In this document: piece after piece, positions 62,419 to 64,000 of the stretch
How positions within the stretch are numbered: position 1 is the stretch's first letter
Layout: the number at the start of each line of letters is the position of its first letter
Made by a program: the position numbers and the translations under genes
Assembly (NCBI GenBank): GCA_964234715.1
Contig: OZ174279.1
Strand: one strand, 5' to 3'
From: Podarcis melisellensis
Lineage: Eukaryota
DNA length: 64,000 nucleotides
The notes under the pieces: generated by a model
Seen by the model: only the letters and a program-made list of their open reading frames with translations
The model's database searches: none
Told to the model about the DNA's origin: nothing

Positions 62419-64000
62419 TAGTTGTTTTGGTCCACTGGAGCAAAATTCAAACGGTGAGTAAAAAAGAATACACCTTCAGCCAAGCATTGTTGAAAATGCA
62501 ATGTGCAAGCTTTTGAGTTACACAGAGCGCTTCCCCTAGTCCGAGTACAACAGCTGTGCCCTCACTGACCCAGCCCCTCTTTGCTACTCCTGACCTTCCC
62601 ACATTCAGCAGGAAGGTTTGAAGAAAGCTTTTAAGCACCGTCAACTGAACAGTTTGGAGATTGTGCTCCTATTCACTGAATGTGGGTGTAGGAAATTAGA
62701 CACAGTCCCTTTTTATTCCTTCAAGAACAGTGTGCAGGAGGCTCAATGTGTGCAAAGCATGGACATAGCCAAGGAGGGGCATGGGGGTAGTTGCCCCCTA
62801 AATGAATAAGAAATAACAAATGGAAGTTCTGTGTCTTTTTGGTGTTTGTCTAAAAACAGCTCAGCAACTTTCAGGATGTCCTGGTTTTTACTTTTTGAAA
62901 TATACCTAACATGAAGCCTGCCCACCCACCAAAATAAATTCTGGTTATGCCCATGGTGCAAAGGGGCATGGAATTGTACCCAGCTGTCCTCATCCCAATC
63001 CCATGAGAGAGTGGGAACAGATCCTGAATATGCACATAAGTTGTATGCACACAGGCTCCCAGCTACATTAGTAAAGAAACGACAAAATGAATGTGCTTTA
63101 AGCATTCAACACCAGATGGCACCAGAGAGCAGGAATAGTTTAAAACGACATTTCCCATAGGATTTTTTTTCTTTCGTTAAAACCATCTAATTTCTGACTT
63201 ATTTATAGCATGTTTTTCCCCCAGCGTTTAGATCCACCCCCTGCAATTAGGGTGCTGAATTTTGCAGGGTTCCTGACTGCAGGCATGGATGCTGATGCAG
63301 AGCCTATGCGCATGTAATTGCATATACAGAGGCATGTTCTGACATTCAGATAAAGATATGGAGATTAGAGGCAGAACTAGTGGGCATGATCCCCCTCCTC
63401 CCTCAGCACACCTATTTTAATGTATGAAAAAAGTTTGTCCCCTCTCTTAACAGGGAAAGCATCAATGGCATTTTCTTTATCATCCTCCCCCTCTAATTCC
63501 AAAATCCCTGCAATAAATCCTATCATTTTCTCCTCTGCGTATGACTGATCGCGTACACTTAGGGTTGCCAACTTTAAACTCAGCTTTGGCTCTTCTGCCT
63601 TTAACTGCAACCCAGTGCCCAGGCAGTAGCAAGCTGGAGCTTTTCACTGCAGGGAGATGAGCGTTATCTGGAGTCAGTGAACAGCTTCCTCCTGCTAATG
63701 AGGGCAGATTAATCTGCTCTTAAAAGCGCAAGAGCTGAGCCAATAAAGAAAGTAGCAACATTATCTCTGCATTCACTTCCGCATGTGGGAGTTATGGTCA
63801 ACACTTGACTAATTTCTTTTCCTGGTCAGTTGGCAATCCTTCTGTGCATACCCCATGTCTTGCAGCAGCTGCTACCTGACCTGTTTGGGCCTTTTGGTGT
63901 AAAATTGCTGATGAGAACGGCTCTCTTGCAGCCAGCCATAGAAAGGAGTGTCGCGTCCATGCAGAAGCATCTAGACCTCATTGTTTTGATCCTCTGTGCT

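Overview
Vertebrate genomic DNA, almost certainly a squamate and probably a lacertid lizard, judged from its Sauria SINEs, Squam3 SINE and Bov-B/CR1/L2 LINE fragments. It contains three protein-coding genes. (1) The last three coding exons of SHLD2/FAM35A (+, ends 6129). (2) A complete 8-exon synaptotagmin-15 gene (SYT15, -, CDS 24507 to 9637, 409 aa, all junctions GT-AG and phase-consistent). (3) GPRIN2 (+, single coding exon 55508-57271) with a probable non-coding first exon in a CpG island near 35 kb. Gene names rest on recalled similarity to the human proteins, not on a search. The rest is intron/intergenic DNA rich in transposons, plus two assembly gaps. I found no evidence of a new multi-gene system. 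The most notable observations are: a 1.6-kb non-autonomous, apparently L1-mobilised retroelement with a 16-bp TSD nested in a Tc1/mariner MITE; a small repeat family whose three copies each carry a CTCF-like motif; solo LTRs with a variable-number 40-bp CCAAT-box array; a hAT element containing a Bov-B fragment; two templated fold-back hairpins; ATG-TGA start-stop elements in the putative GPRIN2 leader; and a duplicated motif in GPRIN2.
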